Notes: generated from the letters alone by a model not told the origin. Shown: positions 25,170-34,736, counted from the first letter of the stretch. The stretch: DNA of 64,000 bases from a bacterium (GCA_021842405.1 JAKBZR010000003.1:6496-70495); one strand, 5' to 3'. A program made the numbers and translations.

Positions 25170-27482
25170 ATGTATTTAAAGCATTTCGGTTTGATCGGAT
25201 TTAGACCAATACGGTGGGCATTATTGATGCTGTTGCTGGGTATCATCAGCGACGGCGCTCTGGCATCGCAAATCAAAGCGAACGAAGTCAGGCATCCCAT
25301 CTGGGCGACTCAGTTCGCGTGGGCGCCCTCCAGCGCCTCCTTTCACATTGACTATAACTCATCCAACGCCGGCGCACCGATGAGCGGCGCCTACCAGGGC
25401 ACACCGGATGAGCTTTGGGGAGGCAAAGATACCTGGCACATCAAAACATGGAAGCTTACCGGGGTGGATTTTGCAGGGCGGCAAAACTTTGGCGCCGACC
25501 TGCGGATTGGTGGGTCAGCCGGCATTGCGGTGCATCAACTTATCCTCTCGCTTCGGCCACCGAAAATTGATCGGGAGGGCCATATTAGTGCGCAAGGCCC
25601 CAGCGCCGGCATAATTTTCGATACCGGCCGAGCCGGAACCGTTTCAACCAACACCGATGATGGGATAGTACAACTGGCCATAGGTGGAAATATCGGTGAC
25701 AGCCGATATTCCTGCCGCACTGTTAAAGGTTATAGCGCAGAGGTCTTCGCAAAGGGTGATGCGGTCAGCTACCTGTACCTGCGCTTGAATCGGCAAAACG
25801 CGCTCTACCAAGCCCATCCAAAAACCCTTTACGCCACCGTCCTATATGCCGCCACGATGCCCCCGGCTGCCTGGTCGGAGTCTGTTTTTGCCAGCTTGGC
25901 CGCTCACGGCATTCACTATGCCGAGATCAACATGGAATGGGCGGCGGTGGAACCCGGTCCGGGTCGCTACAATTTTGCGGTGCTTGATCGTACATTGGAG
26001 AATGCGGCAAAGGCTCATGTGCGGGTTATCCCGATATTTTGGTACGGGGTCTGGGGAGGCAATCCAGCGAGTTGGATCACAAAATACGATGTGGGGCCAA
26101 CCGGCGTTGTTTCCAGCGTTCCGACTTGGTGGAGCCGATACAATCGTCGCGCGTATTTCGATTACGTCGTCACGACCATCAACCACATTAAAAACAGCCC
26201 TGGGTTCGGCGGCGTTTTTTTGGATTTCGGCTGGCTGGACTACATGTGGGGGCCGGAGCCGGGTGGGAAAGGCGTAAACGGGTACGCTCCGCAGGATGTC
26301 GCCCGATTCCATCAATGGCTGCCGACGCGCTACCATTCCCTTTCCCAATTCAATCAACGCTATGGCACTCATTTCACCACCTGGAATGAGGTGCCGGCGG
26401 CTGCACCGGGAGATTCCCTCTTTTCGGTGTATCAGCGCTTTCGAAACTGGAGTGTATTCGAGACGTACGCTCGCTTGACCGCTCTGATTCGGCATGACGC
26501 TCCCAATACTCCGCTCTACTACTATTGGGGTGGTGGATTCAGCGGCGCCGGCGTCGCGTTTAATCTGCCCGACACCTTTTTCCAGCTTGCCCGCCGCTAC
26601 CGTGTGACCGTGGTGCTGGATGACGCGGATCACACCGGGCTGGCGATCCTATTCTGCAGCTTGGCGCGGTATTACAATGTGCCGCTTTTTGAAGAGTGGA
26701 CGCCGCGTTCCACCGGTTTGCACGCTGAAATCGCCGAGTTCTTGGGTCATTACGGCTTCGGTGCGCCCAAAGAGGTGGGGATGGATTTCTTCCTCTACAA
26801 CGGGGGTAAGGAATATGAGGTCGGCTACCCCCAGTATATTCGGTGGATCCCAATTTTGAGCCGAATCCACGGGTCTTATCCGCTCCAGCCGGTGGCGGTC
26901 TATGTATCTTACAAGCCGGCGTTTACCGATCCGGCCATTCTGGGCGGCATGGCCAACAAGTTGGCCAATATGTGGCGCGACCTGCCGATGGGATTCACGG
27001 TAGTCACCGATCGCGAGGTGGCGGCTGGTGTCGTTAACCTGGATCGGTTTCGCGCTATCCTGCCGCTAAACGGGCAGAGTGATCCCGCGATGGTTCATTA
27101 TGCGTCCCAAGGTGGCCACATCGTAAAGACCGCGTCGGAGCTGGCGCAATACGCTTCACCCTACCTTACCTATAACCAATCCGGCCGAATGATCGAGGCG
27201 GTGCCGACGGTGGATCGAGCGACTCGCAGTGCCTGGATCACGCTAAGCGGCTGGCTTCCGAAGCAACAATTTGACGGTGTGGCGACGATCCACCTAGCTG
27301 GTCTACAATTGCCGAATGGGCGTTACCATCTCCTCAATGCGGTGACCGGAAAGCCGATTGCCAGTTATGCCGAGCCCGGCAAGCTGGTGGTGCCGTTGAA
27401 AATCGCAGCCGGGGATTTACTGTTATGGCGGATATTGCCCGGCTCAGGCGCTACCCTGTCTCAGCCTCCCACTGCGCCGTAG
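25170..27482 (+). CDS. Secreted glycoside-hydrolase-like protein with an unassigned N-terminal beta domain and a GH42-like TIM barrel
   Basis: The signal peptide is WALLMLLLGIISDGALA. The segment IHYAEINMEWAAVEPGPGRYNFAVLDRTLENAAKAHVRVIPIFWY matches the W..EP..G.Y.F pattern of GH42/GH35-type clan GH-A barrels. Confidence 0.55.
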   Translation: MYLKHFGLIGFRPIRWALLMLLLGIISDGALASQIKANEVRHPIWATQFAWAPSSASFHIDYNSSNAGAPMSGAYQGTPDELWGGKDTWHIKTWKLTGVDFAGRQNFGADLRIGGSAGIAVHQLILSLRPPKIDREGHISAQGPSAGIIFDTGRAGTVSTNTDDGIVQLAIGGNIGDSRYSCRTVKGYSAEVFAKGDAVSYLYLRLNRQNALYQAHPKTLYATVLYAATMPPAAWSESVFASLAAHGIHYAEINMEWAAVEPGPGRYNFAVLDRTLENAAKAHVRVIPIFWYGVWGGNPASWITKYDVGPTGVVSSVPTWWSRYNRRAYFDYVVTTINHIKNSPGFGGVFLDFGWLDYMWGPEPGGKGVNGYAPQDVARFHQWLPTRYHSLSQFNQRYGTHFTTWNEVPAAAPGDSLFSVYQRFRNWSVFETYARLTALIRHDAPNTPLYYYWGGGFSGAGVAFNLPDTFFQLARRYRVTVVLDDADHTGLAILFCSLARYYNVPLFEEWTPRSTGLHAEIAEFLGHYGFGAPKEVGMDFFLYNGGKEYEVGYPQYIRWIPILSRIHGSYPLQPVAVYVSYKPAFTDPAILGGMANKLANMWRDLPMGFTVVTDREVAAGVVNLDRFRAILPLNGQSDPAMVHYASQGGHIVKTASELAQYASPYLTYNQSGRMIEAVPTVDRATRSAWITLSGWLPKQQFDGVATIHLAGLQLPNGRYHLLNAVTGKPIASYAEPGKLVVPLKIAAGDLLLWRILPGSGATLSQPPTAP

Positions 27483-27530
27483 AGGGGGGCGAATGAAAAT
27501 AAATAACTGGTCGTATCACCTTCCGAACAA

Positions 27531-28541
27531 TTATAGCGCCCTCAAAGGAAGTTGTGCGGTGCTCATTCTTTCAATCAGTTTGTTCGCAAGCGATTCGAAA
27601 TCTTTATGCGCCTCTTGAACGGCCTGTGCATGGCTTCCGATTGCGCCATCCGCTGGCGTGAGATGGAAAATAGGTTTTCGTGCCTCCTGCCCCATCGGTA
27701 TCAGGCTGCGATAGTGTTTCAGCGTGGCGAGACATTCATCATCCTGCGAGGGTGTAGCCGCGGCAGTGTCGTTTTGAAGCACGGCCTCATGATAAACAGC
27801 CGGCATCCGGTTAACCCATTTATCATAAGCCTTAACCGGCCGGCTGAGTCGCACACTATGCTGCTGCACAATATATCCAAGCGGTTCCATACGCCCCTGA
27901 GGTAGTGTAAAATCGGGTGATCTCCAATTATCCAGCCGCCTTTTCCAGAGGTTGCGCCATGAACGAAGGGTTGGCCCTAGGTTTTTCAATCCTTGGAGAG
28001 AAAACAGATCGGCTCCCAAGGGAATTGCAACATAATCGGAAGCAATCAGAGCGGATCGGTTTATAGCCCCGAGGTTAGGCCCCACATCCACCAGAATGAT
28101 ATCGGCGTCTATCTGTTTCGCCGCCATTTGTGCGACCTGCCAAAATGCGGTCAAGATTCGAAAAGGGCGATATAAATTAGTGTCTGCCATACTGTCAGGC
28201 CAAGATTCGGATAGTGTATCCTCAAATGAAGCCAAGGCTACATCTCCGGGAACTAAATAGAGACCTTGCGCCACTTCTTCGACATTAGGTTCCTCAATGT
28301 CCCTCACCTGAGTGAGCGGTTTTATAGCCTGATAAATCGTGGTTGGCGTTTTTTTGTTTTCCCACAGCCGCTCAAGCTCGTCTTCATCGAGATAGGCCGC
28401 GGTTAAATTCGCCTGGGCGTCCAGATCAACCGCCACAACCCTACGGCCTTGCTCAGAAAACATCCAAGCCAGATGGTATACCAGGGAAGTTTTCCCTACA
28501 CCGCCTTTATTATTGAAAAATGTCAGTACCGGGACACTCAT
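27531..28541 (-). CDS. ParA/Soj-like deviant Walker-A ATPase with a C-terminal extension of about 130 aa
   Basis: FFNNKGGVGKTSLVYHLAW carries the KGGxGKT motif, and VVAVDLDAQANLT is present. The protein is 336 aa against about 250 aa for canonical ParA. Its ATG overlaps the stop of the upstream gene (ATGA). Confidence 0.8.
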   Translation of the reverse strand: MSVPVLTFFNNKGGVGKTSLVYHLAWMFSEQGRRVVAVDLDAQANLTAAYLDEDELERLWENKKTPTTIYQAIKPLTQVRDIEEPNVEEVAQGLYLVPGDVALASFEDTLSESWPDSMADTNLYRPFRILTAFWQVAQMAAKQIDADIILVDVGPNLGAINRSALIASDYVAIPLGADLFSLQGLKNLGPTLRSWRNLWKRRLDNWRSPDFTLPQGRMEPLGYIVQQHSVRLSRPVKAYDKWVNRMPAVYHEAVLQNDTAAATPSQDDECLATLKHYRSLIPMGQEARKPIFHLTPADGAIGSHAQAVQEAHKDFESLANKLIERMSTAQLPLRAL

Positions 28542-29812
28542 TGCCGCCTCCTAACCGTTGCCAACACGTTCATTGGTTCAACTTGAAATTCGATATCGGG
28601 ATTGCCGTTTCTTTTCAATTCCGCTCTTGCGGTCTGTATTCCGATGCCGAATCGCTGCACGAACCCCATAACTTTCATAGCGTCTGCAAGATTCGGATTG
28701 CGGTAATCCGTAATTCCCGGCCGTCCGAAGTTTTCTTGGGTGACGATTCCGAACGGTCCCCCTGGATTTATGATTTCGATACGGTCATCGTACCAATGGA
28801 ATCGGACCGGTGCGTTCGTGCTCTCGTAAGTGCGGTGCATAACCGCATTGCGAATCAGTTGCTGAAGCGCCACGCGTGGATAAGCGGCGGAACGCAATTC
28901 TCGATCGGCTGAAATGATGTCAACTTTACTGAGGTTATGTGCGTCAATTTTTTCGTCTATACGACGCAATACCTGCCCCAAGGCACCATCAATACGAGCC
29001 TCATCCTGGATCGGGTCGCTCATTTCCGTCCCAGCAATCCGCAGGAATTGTATATAAGCGCCGGGAACCCAGTCACGCGGCGATATACCTAAGACCAGCA
29101 CGCCCAGTATGGTCGGAGTGGGATCGTTCACGGAGGAAATCATCCGACAAGAGGCGAGTCTCTGCTCATAAGATCGCTCGTTGGCGGCGACGACATCCGG
29201 AGCAAATGCATTGGGCAAATACTCCAGTTCGAACAGAGTTTGACTTAGTTCCGATAGATTGCATGAAGGAAGCGGTTGTATGTCGAATGGGATATCCCGG
29301 TAACGGCGTTTTTCATTCAGAATCCGCTCATCTTGTGGGTTAGCCACAGCTCGTCTTGGTCCGCTGCGAATCCATATCCTTCCACCGTATCGAACAGGGG
29401 GCGTGTCAGAGGGTTGAACCGTAACTACGGCAATGTCAGCTCCTTTGAGATTACGCTTTTCTACCAGAATGGTTGGCGGTGGGAGAATATTCCCATCAGT
29501 CTTGATGTCGGAAAGGGTACGAAGAAGCTCGTCGGTAATTATCAAACCGGAAGGAGTTCCATCATTTCTCACACCGATAAAAAGTACGCCCGCTTTACGA
29601 TGGCCCGGCAGATCGTTCGCAAAAGCACAAACTGCCTGTCTTCCGGTCTGCGGTGCGTCCCCTTTCCAGGCTTCCTTACGCTCGGCCAGGTCCGATTCGA
29701 TATCGCCCAGAAGCGTTTGAAGTTCGTCATCAGAATATATCATCATATCCTCTGCGGATTCTCCCATGTTCAATGGCGTCAGCCGGAATGTCTTAAAACC
29801 TCTCCGCCACAA
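28538..29812 (-). CDS. AlbA_2 (Schlafen-type) DNA-binding domain protein with a C-terminal HATPase_c_4 / RecG-C-like domain
   Basis: The N-terminal half reads ESDLAERKEAW...AVCAFANDLPGHRKAGVLFIGVRNDGTPSGL, which is AlbA_2-like. The C-terminal half reads NAVMHRTYES..PVRFHWYDDRIEIINPGG...YRNPNLADAMKVMGFVQRFGIGI, which is HATPase_c_4-like. The true start is probably an internal ATG at 29767 or 29746. Confidence 0.65.
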   Translation of the reverse strand: MWRRGFKTFRLTPLNMGESAEDMMIYSDDELQTLLGDIESDLAERKEAWKGDAPQTGRQAVCAFANDLPGHRKAGVLFIGVRNDGTPSGLIITDELLRTLSDIKTDGNILPPPTILVEKRNLKGADIAVVTVQPSDTPPVRYGGRIWIRSGPRRAVANPQDERILNEKRRYRDIPFDIQPLPSCNLSELSQTLFELEYLPNAFAPDVVAANERSYEQRLASCRMISSVNDPTPTILGVLVLGISPRDWVPGAYIQFLRIAGTEMSDPIQDEARIDGALGQVLRRIDEKIDAHNLSKVDIISADRELRSAAYPRVALQQLIRNAVMHRTYESTNAPVRFHWYDDRIEIINPGGPFGIVTQENFGRPGITDYRNPNLADAMKVMGFVQRFGIGIQTARAELKRNGNPDIEFQVEPMNVLATVRRRQ

Positions 29813-30040
29813 TCGCTAAATTGGCTCGTGCACCGAGATGATATATTGTAGCATCTATTACCACCCGTCCGGCGCCGGTGGGTTAAATGACTGCCGGTTG
29901 GCGGCCCAGAATCAGCCCGCCACGGCTGCTTAGGCCGCTCTCTTGCTCTCCATCGCTGGCCAGCCCTGTGCGCCATACGGCAAAACCCACCCTTACAGTA
30001 TACTAAACGGTATGAAAAATCCTGAATGGGAGCATAAGGC

Positions 30041-30895
30041 TTGGCACCGCTCGTCGCGCTGACCTACTCTTTCCTTTTTGGGTTGCTACACGGAATTTTG
30101 CCGGATGAGCACACCTGGCCCATCACCTTCAGCTACGCGATTGGCGGCGGCGGCAGCAAAGAAGGGATGAAGGCGGGACTCTACTTCTCAAGCGGCTTCA
30201 CCTTCCAGCGCGCCATCGCCTCTGAGATTGCCTACCTGGCGCTGGCCCCATTTTTGCTCCGCCCGTCCGTCAACGGCATCGTTTACATCGTGGTTGGGAT
30301 CGCGATGACGGTCGCCGGTGAGATCATCTTGCGCACCAACCGATATGCTCACCTTCACCTGCTCGGACATCACCATGACGTGGTGGCGGACATGGAAACC
30401 TGCCGCCACCTGTTCACCCGCCGCCACCGAGTGAAATCAGAGCACCATTCGCAGCCTCCGACAAGCTGGGCCGCTATTCACGGTTTTATTGCCGGCTTTG
30501 GATTCGGGGGATTTTCACTCTTCATTACCACGGTGGCCGCCCCCGCGATGCGCAGCCCATGGCTGGGCTTTATGCCGGGACTGTTTTTCGGGCTGGGAAC
30601 GATGGCGATGTTGGCCGTTATCGGCGGTCTATTCGGGGCTTCTATGCGCTGGATGCATATCACCGAAGCGGAGATTAAGCGGATAGGGTCGCAAACCGGC
30701 GGCCGCACCCTTTTGTTCGGCGGGCTGCTATTTGGCGTTGCCGGCATCGTTACGATGCTGGGACTGGATCGCCGCTTACCGATTGATCCGGGCTATGTCT
30801 TGATTGCCCTTTTTATGTTTCTAATTGCACTTCCTGCCTTTCTTTTTTCGTGGAAGGAAGTGATGGCGCAGCGAAACGCCTCCGCGCCGGACTGA
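30041..30895 (+). CDS. Polytopic membrane protein with a His-rich cytoplasmic loop, a putative divalent-metal (Ni/Co-type) transporter
   Basis: About 6-7 hydrophobic helices are present. The N-terminal motif is LLHGILPDEHTWP and the loop is AHLHLLGHHHDVVADMETCRHLFTRRHRVKSEHHSQ. The start is TTG. Confidence 0.45.
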   Translation: MAPLVALTYSFLFGLLHGILPDEHTWPITFSYAIGGGGSKEGMKAGLYFSSGFTFQRAIASEIAYLALAPFLLRPSVNGIVYIVVGIAMTVAGEIILRTNRYAHLHLLGHHHDVVADMETCRHLFTRRHRVKSEHHSQPPTSWAAIHGFIAGFGFGGFSLFITTVAAPAMRSPWLGFMPGLFFGLGTMAMLAVIGGLFGASMRWMHITEAEIKRIGSQTGGRTLLFGGLLFGVAGIVTMLGLDRRLPIDPGYVLIALFMFLIALPAFLFSWKEVMAQRNASAPD

Positions 30896-30903
30896 CGATG
30901 CGT

Positions 30904-30941
30904 CAGTATTCAGCGACATTTTCAACAACCTTATAGATACT
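30904..30941. repeat. 38-nt motif CAGTATTCAGCGACATTTTCAACAACCTTATAGATACT, also present at 52773-52810
   Basis: A hand alignment to 52773-52810 gives 29/38 identities. The motif lies 30 nt upstream of the Tat-GH gene start. Confidence 0.45.
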
Positions 30942-30971
30942 AATTACAAATCTAAAAGGAAGCGATACGAA

Positions 30972-33350
30972 ATGAGTGTGAGCCGTCGCCAATTCATTCA
31001 ATCGGGGATCACGAGCGTCAGCCTGATATCAGCCGGCGCCGCTTTCAGCTCCGCCAAGTCCGATGATCGCCTCTGGCTGGAAGCAGAGGACTTAATCCCG
31101 CTTGCCTCTCCTTGGACTTACGGAACGCAGGCGGATACTTCGGGCGGTGCGTATATCTATGGCAACAAAACCAGCGGTGTGTACAAGGCGGCCGTTTCGG
31201 TGCCCTTTTCGGAGCCGGTATCCGTTTGGGTGCGAATTTTCTATGTTCAGGATCCGCGCTGGCTACAAATTACAATTGACGGCATCAAATCGCCTATATT
31301 GAGTAAATTGGGAGCGCCCGGCCAGCCCGATACGGCCGGTTGGCACTGGGTAAAGCTCGGCGTCATACAATCACCTGTATTGCAATTAACGATGGATGGC
31401 CTAGGCAGTCCGCCTTGGGACGCATGGGTGGACCTGTTCCTCCTCACCACCGATCAGCAATACGTTCCGCCGGATAACTTACCGGCAGGAGGTTACTATC
31501 CGGCTCCGCCACCGCTATCGGTTCCCGACCGCCCACTCCCCATCATCACCGGCAACCAATCGGTCTTTTATATCCAACATTCCCCGATTGGCGCATATCC
31601 CTCCGATGCGGGTGAACCGATACCGCCCGAGTCCAGCTTTCACGGTGAACACCTGCAAGGAATCAAGGCGGATGAGGACTACCAGGCGTGGGGGGCGATC
31701 GAGAAAGAGCCCGGCAAATGGGATTGGCATCATTACGACTTGATGGCACACACTCAACGAGCGGCCGGCCTTGAGTATGATACCTATCTATGGCTTCAGT
31801 GCCCACCGGTTTGGCTCCGCGAAGGAAAATTTAACATTTCCGGCGCGCCCAACCGCTGCACCCTTTTCCGCTGCGTGGAGCACAACTTGCCGACCAACAC
31901 CCTGTCCATCTTCGATCCAGCCACCGTACAGTGGTTTGAGCGCTATTACCGGCATCAAGCCGCCCATTTCGGGGAGCGGTTAGGCCGTACCTACATCGCG
32001 CTGGTCGGGCCGTACGGCGAGGGCAACTACCCCCTGCCATTCGCCGAGGATTGGTTGAACGAGGGTCACTGCCATCAGGGTTGGTGGTGCAACGACCGAT
32101 ACGCCCGCCAACAGTTTCAATCGGTGATGCAGCAAAAGTACGCCTCGTTGAGCGCATTGAACCGAACATGGAATACTCGCTTCTCTTCCTGGGAGGATAT
32201 TGCCTATCCGGATGAGCTGAAGCTGGGGCCGGCCGATATGAAACCTGCCGAATCCCGCACCGATATACCGAAGCGGAGGCACTGGCTTGATTTTATGGCC
32301 TGGTACCTGCAGGCGATACCCCATTTCAGTGAAAAGGTATACCTGGCGGCTCGGAAATATTGGCCGGCCGATCAGCTGAAAATGAAGCCGGGCGGTTCGG
32401 CAGGCGGGGTTAACCCGCTCTACTTCGGCACCTACTGCCCCGCTTACGCAAAAGTTGCGGGCAAATATCGCCTCCGCTTACAACCGGCCGATCTGGCCGG
32501 TCATATCTTCGGCGATAACTGGATCTCCAGCGCCTATCGCTTTTACGGGGTGCCGCTTTCCAGCGAACCGCCGGGGGCGCTCTCTCGCGCCGATTTTCTG
32601 CGCCGGATGTTTTCCGACGGATGCAGCGGCGCCAGCGAGCTTTTCACCTATGAATGGGAGCAGCACGCGCGCGACGCCCGGCGCTGGATCCACCTCTATC
32701 GCGGCGTTCCCTCCCGAAAGGATGCGGCCGTCTTTGCGCCGACCACCTGGTACATGATGAACGGCTCTCTTCAACCCAGCATTGACGCCACCACCGCCCT
32801 GCGTGATCTGGTGGATGTGGATGTGCTGGACGAGCTGCCGATCAGTGACGGAGCACTGCACCAGCATCGGGTGCTGATTGCCTTCCAAATGCCGGTAGTG
32901 GAGCGGCCGATCCTAGAAAAAATGCTGGATTGGGTAAGGGACGGCGGCATCTTGGCCGCTCGAGCTCCCAGCCTCCCAACCGACGTGGAGGGCAGAACCG
33001 ATCTAGGCCGTCTGCTTTTCCCCCATCCTTTGCGATCAGGCTTGAATACCTCGATCGCTCATATCGGCAAAGGCTTGACCATCCGGTTTGCGCTGGGCGG
33101 TCGCGAACAGGAGGCCGATTTTCTAAGGCTGGCTGAAAGGGCCGTTTACAATCCCTCTCACTGGATTCCGGGTCGTAAAGGGCCTCAACGAGTAGATGCC
33201 GGACTGGACGGCGTTTGGACCGCCGTATTTCCGGATCGGCTGGTGTTTTATAACTCCAATCAGCGACCGGTTGAGGCCCTTTACCGGTGGAAGGGCGAGC
33301 GCCATTCCATTAGCATCGAGGCCTGGGATATGGCCGAAGTGATCGCTTAA
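30972..33350 (+). CDS. Tat-exported glycoside-hydrolase-like protein with a CBM-like N-domain and a GH42/GH14-like TIM barrel
   Basis: The twin-arginine signal is MSVSRRQFIQSGITSVSLISAGAAFSSA. The segment WGAIEKEPGKWDWHHYDLMAHTQRAAGLEYDTYLW resembles the GH42-like motif seen in 25170-27482. Confidence 0.55.
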   Translation: MSVSRRQFIQSGITSVSLISAGAAFSSAKSDDRLWLEAEDLIPLASPWTYGTQADTSGGAYIYGNKTSGVYKAAVSVPFSEPVSVWVRIFYVQDPRWLQITIDGIKSPILSKLGAPGQPDTAGWHWVKLGVIQSPVLQLTMDGLGSPPWDAWVDLFLLTTDQQYVPPDNLPAGGYYPAPPPLSVPDRPLPIITGNQSVFYIQHSPIGAYPSDAGEPIPPESSFHGEHLQGIKADEDYQAWGAIEKEPGKWDWHHYDLMAHTQRAAGLEYDTYLWLQCPPVWLREGKFNISGAPNRCTLFRCVEHNLPTNTLSIFDPATVQWFERYYRHQAAHFGERLGRTYIALVGPYGEGNYPLPFAEDWLNEGHCHQGWWCNDRYARQQFQSVMQQKYASLSALNRTWNTRFSSWEDIAYPDELKLGPADMKPAESRTDIPKRRHWLDFMAWYLQAIPHFSEKVYLAARKYWPADQLKMKPGGSAGGVNPLYFGTYCPAYAKVAGKYRLRLQPADLAGHIFGDNWISSAYRFYGVPLSSEPPGALSRADFLRRMFSDGCSGASELFTYEWEQHARDARRWIHLYRGVPSRKDAAVFAPTTWYMMNGSLQPSIDATTALRDLVDVDVLDELPISDGALHQHRVLIAFQMPVVERPILEKMLDWVRDGGILAARAPSLPTDVEGRTDLGRLLFPHPLRSGLNTSIAHIGKGLTIRFALGGREQEADFLRLAERAVYNPSHWIPGRKGPQRVDAGLDGVWTAVFPDRLVFYNSNQRPVEALYRWKGERHSISIEAWDMAEVIA

Positions 33351-33375
33351 CCTGCCAGCAGCCCGTCTAAGCTCG

Positions 33376-33420
33376 CCTGCTTGCTGCAGGCAGGGACAAG
33401 CAGGCCAGGAATTGTTATTT
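33376..33420. terminator. Stem-loop CCTGCTTG/CAAGCAGG followed by a T-rich run, located between convergent genes
   Basis: The stem arms lie at 33376-33383 and 33397-33404, followed by CCAGGAATTGTTATTTT. Confidence 0.45.
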
Positions 33421-33606
33421 TGGGACCGGTGCTGCTGATTGCGATTGATGGACATTCGAGTATGGGTTGCCAGTCCCGAAATTTTTGGGATAGTGATAGG
33501 TATCCGCCGGCGGAGTGAGGAAGAACTTGTAGCCCACCAAAACAATGACCACAACGGCAATCACGATAACCAGCACTACGACAGGAGTGCCGATGCTTTT
33601 CTTCAT
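33415..33606 (-). CDS. Small single-pass membrane protein (63 aa) downstream of the prepilin-like gene
   Basis: The sequence MKKSIGTPVVVLVIVIAVVVIVLVGYKFF contains a Val/Ile-rich TM helix. A GGAAGGA RBS lies upstream. The same gene order recurs at 59087-60335. Confidence 0.5.
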   Translation of the reverse strand: MKKSIGTPVVVLVIVIAVVVIVLVGYKFFLTPPADTYHYPKNFGTGNPYSNVHQSQSAAPVPK

Positions 33607-33688
33607 TTGGATAATTCCTTCCGGTTGTTGTCTATAGTGTAGGGGCGTAAGGCCTTACGCCCCCTCTACGCTCTACGCCTCTACTGGA

Positions 33689-34498
33689 TCATTGCTGGCA
33701 AAAGTAATACCACTTCTTAGGAACTGAAACATCCCACATCGCACTATCGGGCTCCCACTTGGCATGCCCATCAGCAAATGCGTAATCACGCCCATTATTA
33801 TGGGGCGGCAGCCAATCGGGGTAGCAAACCGGACAGATGTACGAATTATCGGGATTTGCGGGGGGCGACGTCGGGGTGCAGTTCCAACCATTTCCGTTCC
33901 AGCCCTGAATTTCAACGACCCTTTCCGTATCGCCTTTATCCCAGAAAACGATTAAGGACGATGGCTGAGGAATCTCGGATAGGGTAAGAGCCGGACTATA
34001 GATTCCAAGTCGCCAATTGTGATCGCCGACATCGCTGTTGTAAATGTAGGAATTGCTGTCGGTATTGGAGGGTGGATTCCATGCACTGTCTCGGGTGGCC
34101 GGGCAGGTCATCAACTGCTCGTTCTTGATGTAGGGCTGCATCTCATAGGCCCAGTTGAGGCCGTACAAATTGGGATTTGTTTTGGGTCCGGTATACCAAC
34201 CGACCATCCCCGGCGACGTTACCCCGGTGCACATTCCGTTTTGACATGGCCAACAACCGGTGCAGGCGCCGTTGTCAAAGGATTGCCACTCGCTCATAAA
34301 TCGCTGGTCGTAGTCCTGAAGGTACATCTGGGATGCCAGAATGATCTGTTTAAGGTTACTTACGCAGCTTATTTGCTGTGCTTTCTCCCGCGCTTGAGCG
34401 AAGACGGGGAATAAGATGGCGGCTAGTATCGCGATTATGGCGATAACTACAAGCAACTCGATGAGGGTGAATCCTCTCTTGTCACAATGCCATTTCAT
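33689..34498 (-). CDS. Prepilin-type N-terminal cleavage/methylation domain protein of the DUF1559 / H-X9-DG class
   Basis: The N-terminus is [46 protein letters not shown]. The C-terminal [13 protein letters not shown] reads H-X9-DG. An AAAGGAGA RBS is present. Confidence 0.85.
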   Translation of the reverse strand: MKWHCDKRGFTLIELLVVIAIIAILAAILFPVFAQAREKAQQISCVSNLKQIILASQMYLQDYDQRFMSEWQSFDNGACTGCWPCQNGMCTGVTSPGMVGWYTGPKTNPNLYGLNWAYEMQPYIKNEQLMTCPATRDSAWNPPSNTDSNSYIYNSDVGDHNWRLGIYSPALTLSEIPQPSSLIVFWDKGDTERVVEIQGWNGNGWNCTPTSPPANPDNSYICPVCYPDWLPPHNNGRDYAFADGHAKWEPDSAMWDVSVPKKWYYFCQQ

Positions 34499-34540
34499 TG
34501 TAGTCGTTCTCCTTTCGGGTTTGATTTGGATTATATCGTA

Positions 34541-34736
34541 AGAGTTCAGTTCTCAGGGAGTGATTTTCGTTTGCCCCCACCCCAGCCCTCCCCCGAGGGG
34601 GGAGGGTGTCATTGCGAGCGAAGCGAAGCAATCTCCTTCACCAGTCCCTCTTAATCCCCTCCCCCGTTTACGGGGGAGGGTTAGGGTGGGGGTGCATCCA
34701 ATATGGTCGTAAATGATTCCCAGAGAACTGAACTCA
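34541..34736. mobile_element. MITE-like repeat, copy A
   Basis: The inverted termini are AGAGTTCAGTTCTCAGGGAGTGATTTT and AAATGATTCCCAGAGAACTGAACTC. The core holds GC-rich palindromes (CCCTCCCCCGAGGGGGGAGGG, CCCTCCCCCGTTTACGGGGGAGGG) and GTCATTGCGAGCGAAGCGAAGCAATC. The left ~110 nt are nearly identical to copy D. Confidence 0.7.

Noticed and set aside
25842-26633. A 263-aa ORF on the minus strand.
   Set aside because: It is antisense to the GH42-like gene, has a low-complexity Arg/Pro/Gly-rich translation, and lacks an RBS.
29813-30040. A possible riboswitch or promoter in the 230-nt spacer before the His-rich membrane protein.
   Set aside because: I could not identify conserved riboswitch cores (B12 box, NiCo junction) or a convincing -35/-10 pair by eye. 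The region needs an Rfam scan.
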